A stretch of 64,000 bases of DNA. It comes from Candidatus Moraniibacteriota bacterium (lineage in GTDB: Bacteria > Patescibacteriota > Minisyncoccia > Moranbacterales > UBA1568). The notes under the pieces were generated by a model that did no database searches, had not been told where the DNA came from, and saw only the letters and a list, made by a program, of their open reading frames with translations. Where the stretch lies: the NCBI GenBank assembly GCA_963743885.1, contig CAVURJ010000002.1, forward strand, positions 36,721 through 100,720. Reading direction: 5' to 3'. The position numbers and the translations under genes were made by a program. This document shows positions 61,845 through 64,000 of this stretch, piece by piece (positions within the stretch are counted from its first letter, which is position 1; each line of letters opens with the position of its first letter).

Positions 61845-62358
61845 AAGCCCAAATTTCAGAGCCCAAAAAGCCAAATAGACCACAGAACCTATGACTCAAA
61901 GCCCAAATAAATACCGACTACTAGAAACCCGAACGACGGAATTCGCAAAGCGTATAATCCGTCTGTGCAAGGCTCTTCCGAAAAATATGATAAATTATCG
62001 GTTGATAGATCAGATTGTCCGATCGGCTGGTTCGGTTGGAGCAAATTATCGGGAAGCCAATGAAACGGTGGGGAGAAAAGATTTCGTGTATCGTATCCGT
62101 ATAGCAAGGAAAGAATGCAAAGAGACAGAACATTGGTTGGATCTTATCCGAGAGGCGAATGCGGAGTTTGATGCGAGAATGGATGAATTATTTCGAGAAT
62201 GCCTCGAGATAAGGAAAATCCTTTCCGCCATCATTAAAAAATCGAAGTAGAAAGAGGTTGTTTCCCGTTTGAATTTTCGTGTTTTGTGCCCTATTTGGTT
62301 TTCTGTGTTCTGATTCTTGTGCTCTGTCTGGCTTTTTGTGCATTGGTTCCTGTGTTCT
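61845..62358 (+). mobile_element. Putative cassette: second four-helix-bundle gene between degenerate inverted arms
   Basis: Left arm aaagcccaaatttcagagcccaaaaagccaaatag; right arm ctatttggttttctgtgttctgattcttgtgctct. Confidence 0.5.
61891..62250 (+). CDS. Four helix bundle protein
   Basis: LETRTTEFA, QIVRSAGSVGANYREA, KDF..RI.IARKE..ET..WL. Confidence 0.93.
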   Translation: MTQSPNKYRLLETRTTEFAKRIIRLCKALPKNMINYRLIDQIVRSAGSVGANYREANETVGRKDFVYRIRIARKECKETEHWLDLIREANAEFDARMDELFRECLEIRKILSAIIKKSK

Positions 62359-62402
62359 CTTAAGTCATTAGAAAATTAGATATTCGGTATTCATATACAT
62401 AT

Positions 62403-64000
62403 ATGTCTGACTACGGTTTCACCAAACACAGAGCCTTCCAATGGATGTTCATCATCATAATTCTCATGGGGGGCGTTTTCGCGTACTATCATTTCCGTTC
62501 TTATGCAGCGGTGACGCTCAATAAAATATCTGGCGGGACGGTCAAGCTGGATACGTCGCAGAACAGCCAATTGACGAACGGCCTAGTGGGCGAGTGGTCG
62601 TTCAATGGCGCGGACATGTCCGGTACCACGGCCTATGACCGGAGCGGCCAGGGGAACAACGGCACGCTCACCAACGGCCCGACGCCGGCTATTGGTCAGG
62701 TTGGCCAGGCGCTCTCGTTTGATGGAACAGATGATTATGTGAATGTTGGGAAAAGTGTTGGCGCGAGTACGATGACTGTGACTGCCTGGGTGAAGCCGGA
62801 TTTCTCATCGCAGTATAATTCCGGGCGTCACTGCATCATTGCCGCAGCTGCAGCCACGAATTATTTTAGTGTGTGCTACGCCGGGGACTATAGTAGCATA
62901 CAAGGATGGATCACGCGCTTTCGCGGTGGCGGCGTGACTGACAATGAATCGTATGGGATCCGAAAAACGACGAATAATGGTTTTCAAGGAAATTGGATAT
63001 TTGTCGCTGTTACGCTCGATAAGGATGTCGGTGCGAAGATATATGAGGATGGCGTGCTTCAAGGTTTCAGTCCGGGCACGACGGGTATCATGGGGAGCAA
63101 TACCGCTGTCGTTATCGGCAATAACGGCAGCGGAGCGGGTTTTTGGAAAGGCGCTATGGATGAGGTGCGCGTGTATAATCGTGTACTGCCAGCAAGCGAG
63201 GTCTGGGATCTTTATCAATTGGGAGTGGCGGATAAGGCTAGCTCGGCATCGAGTCAGGGCGATCCGCTCGAAAAAGGCCTTGCGGGTTATTGGAATCTTG
63301 ATGATGGGAGCGGGACGACTGCTACGGATGCTTCGGTGAATGCGAACAATGGCACGCTTACCAATGGCCCGACATGGAGTACGGGACAGATCGGCGGCGG
63401 TGCTGTCTTTGATGGGACGGATGATTATGTATCGATAAGCAATCCTCCGGTGGTAGGATGGCCGCTGACAATGAGCGTATGGTTCAAGACGACGGACGCG
63501 ACCGCGAGTTACCGATCTATGGCGGCTTTGCTTGGTGTTAATTCGTTTGCGATTTTACAGTTCGATCTCTCCAGTTGTGGCGGCCCCGGGAAGGTAAAGT
63601 ATATTATCCGGGATAATGGCGGTAGCGTTTTAGCGCAGAAATGCTCGTCAACCGATTTGAACGATGGTATGTGGCATCATGCAGTAGGCGTGAGCTCATC
63701 AGCGAGCGATCATAGGCTGTATATAGATGGGGCATTGCAAGGAAGCGACGCTACTGCTTTAGGGGCAACGACGTTTACTTCTATGAGGATAGGAACCAAG
63801 GTATCGGGTGATCAGCACTTCCCCGGGTCTCTTGATGATGTCCGCGTCTATAGTCGCGCCCTCTCCGATGGCGATGTCGCCAAGCTCTACAGGACGACAG
63901 CGCCGGATGATCCAGATACGGGACTTAAGGGCTATTGGAGTTTCAATGGTACTGATGTCTCCGGTACGACGGCCTACGACAGAAGTGGGAGCGGGAGTAA
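62403..64000 (+). CDS. LamG/concanavalin A-like repeat surface protein, runs off the window
   Basis: N-terminal TM; GLVGEWSFNG...AYDRSG.GNNGTL, FDGTDDYV and G.MDEVRVYNR.L repeated; missing from the ORF track because no stop is in the window. Confidence 0.9.
   Translation, partial: MSDYGFTKHRAFQWMFIIIILMGGVFAYYHFRSYAAVTLNKISGGTVKLDTSQNSQLTNGLVGEWSFNGADMSGTTAYDRSGQGNNGTLTNGPTPAIGQVGQALSFDGTDDYVNVGKSVGASTMTVTAWVKPDFSSQYNSGRHCIIAAAAATNYFSVCYAGDYSSIQGWITRFRGGGVTDNESYGIRKTTNNGFQGNWIFVAVTLDKDVGAKIYEDGVLQGFSPGTTGIMGSNTAVVIGNNGSGAGFWKGAMDEVRVYNRVLPASEVWDLYQLGVADKASSASSQGDPLEKGLAGYWNLDDGSGTTATDASVNANNGTLTNGPTWSTGQIGGGAVFDGTDDYVSISNPPVVGWPLTMSVWFKTTDATASYRSMAALLGVNSFAILQFDLSSCGGPGKVKYIIRDNGGSVLAQKCSSTDLNDGMWHHAVGVSSSASDHRLYIDGALQGSDATALGATTFTSMRIGTKVSGDQHFPGSLDDVRVYSRALSDGDVAKLYRTTAPDDPDTGLKGYWSFNGTDVSGTTAYDRSGSGS

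Noticed and set aside
57324-64000. Diversity-generating retroelement suggested by an Avd-like gene next to repeat surface proteins
   Set aside because: No reverse transcriptase in the window and no template/variable repeat pair differing only at adenines was seen.

Overview
Gene-dense bacterial window with almost all genes on the + strand, standard genetic code, and housekeeping starts that mostly lack Shine-Dalgarno (SD) motifs. This style suggests Patescibacteria/CPR (inference). Housekeeping content: ileS (partial), recO, tgt, glyQS, an M16 peptidase, rsmI, metG, tatD, a full F1Fo atp operon, leuS carrying an internal Nudix domain, uppP, folD, tRNA-Leu(CAA) and parA/parB. The last 23 kb is a surface-protein cluster: a 5212-aa repeat protein, an FG-GAP repeat protein and a LamG protein. 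The most unusual signal is a dispersed family of short repeat elements. (1) Two four-helix-bundle (Avd/IVS-like) genes are each bracketed by inverted arms built from 7-bp units. (2) Cargo-less copies of such arms fill many intergenic junctions, including nearly every atp junction. (3) Single arms and small GC-rich palindromes sit in frame inside ileS, tgt, glyQS, metG, tatD, atpG and leuS. (4) An intact tRNA-Leu is nested inside the remains of a second tRNA-Leu that three palindromes interrupt cleanly. A second pattern is a set of counter-oriented orphan genes, most with their own sigma70 promoter, strong SD and terminator.
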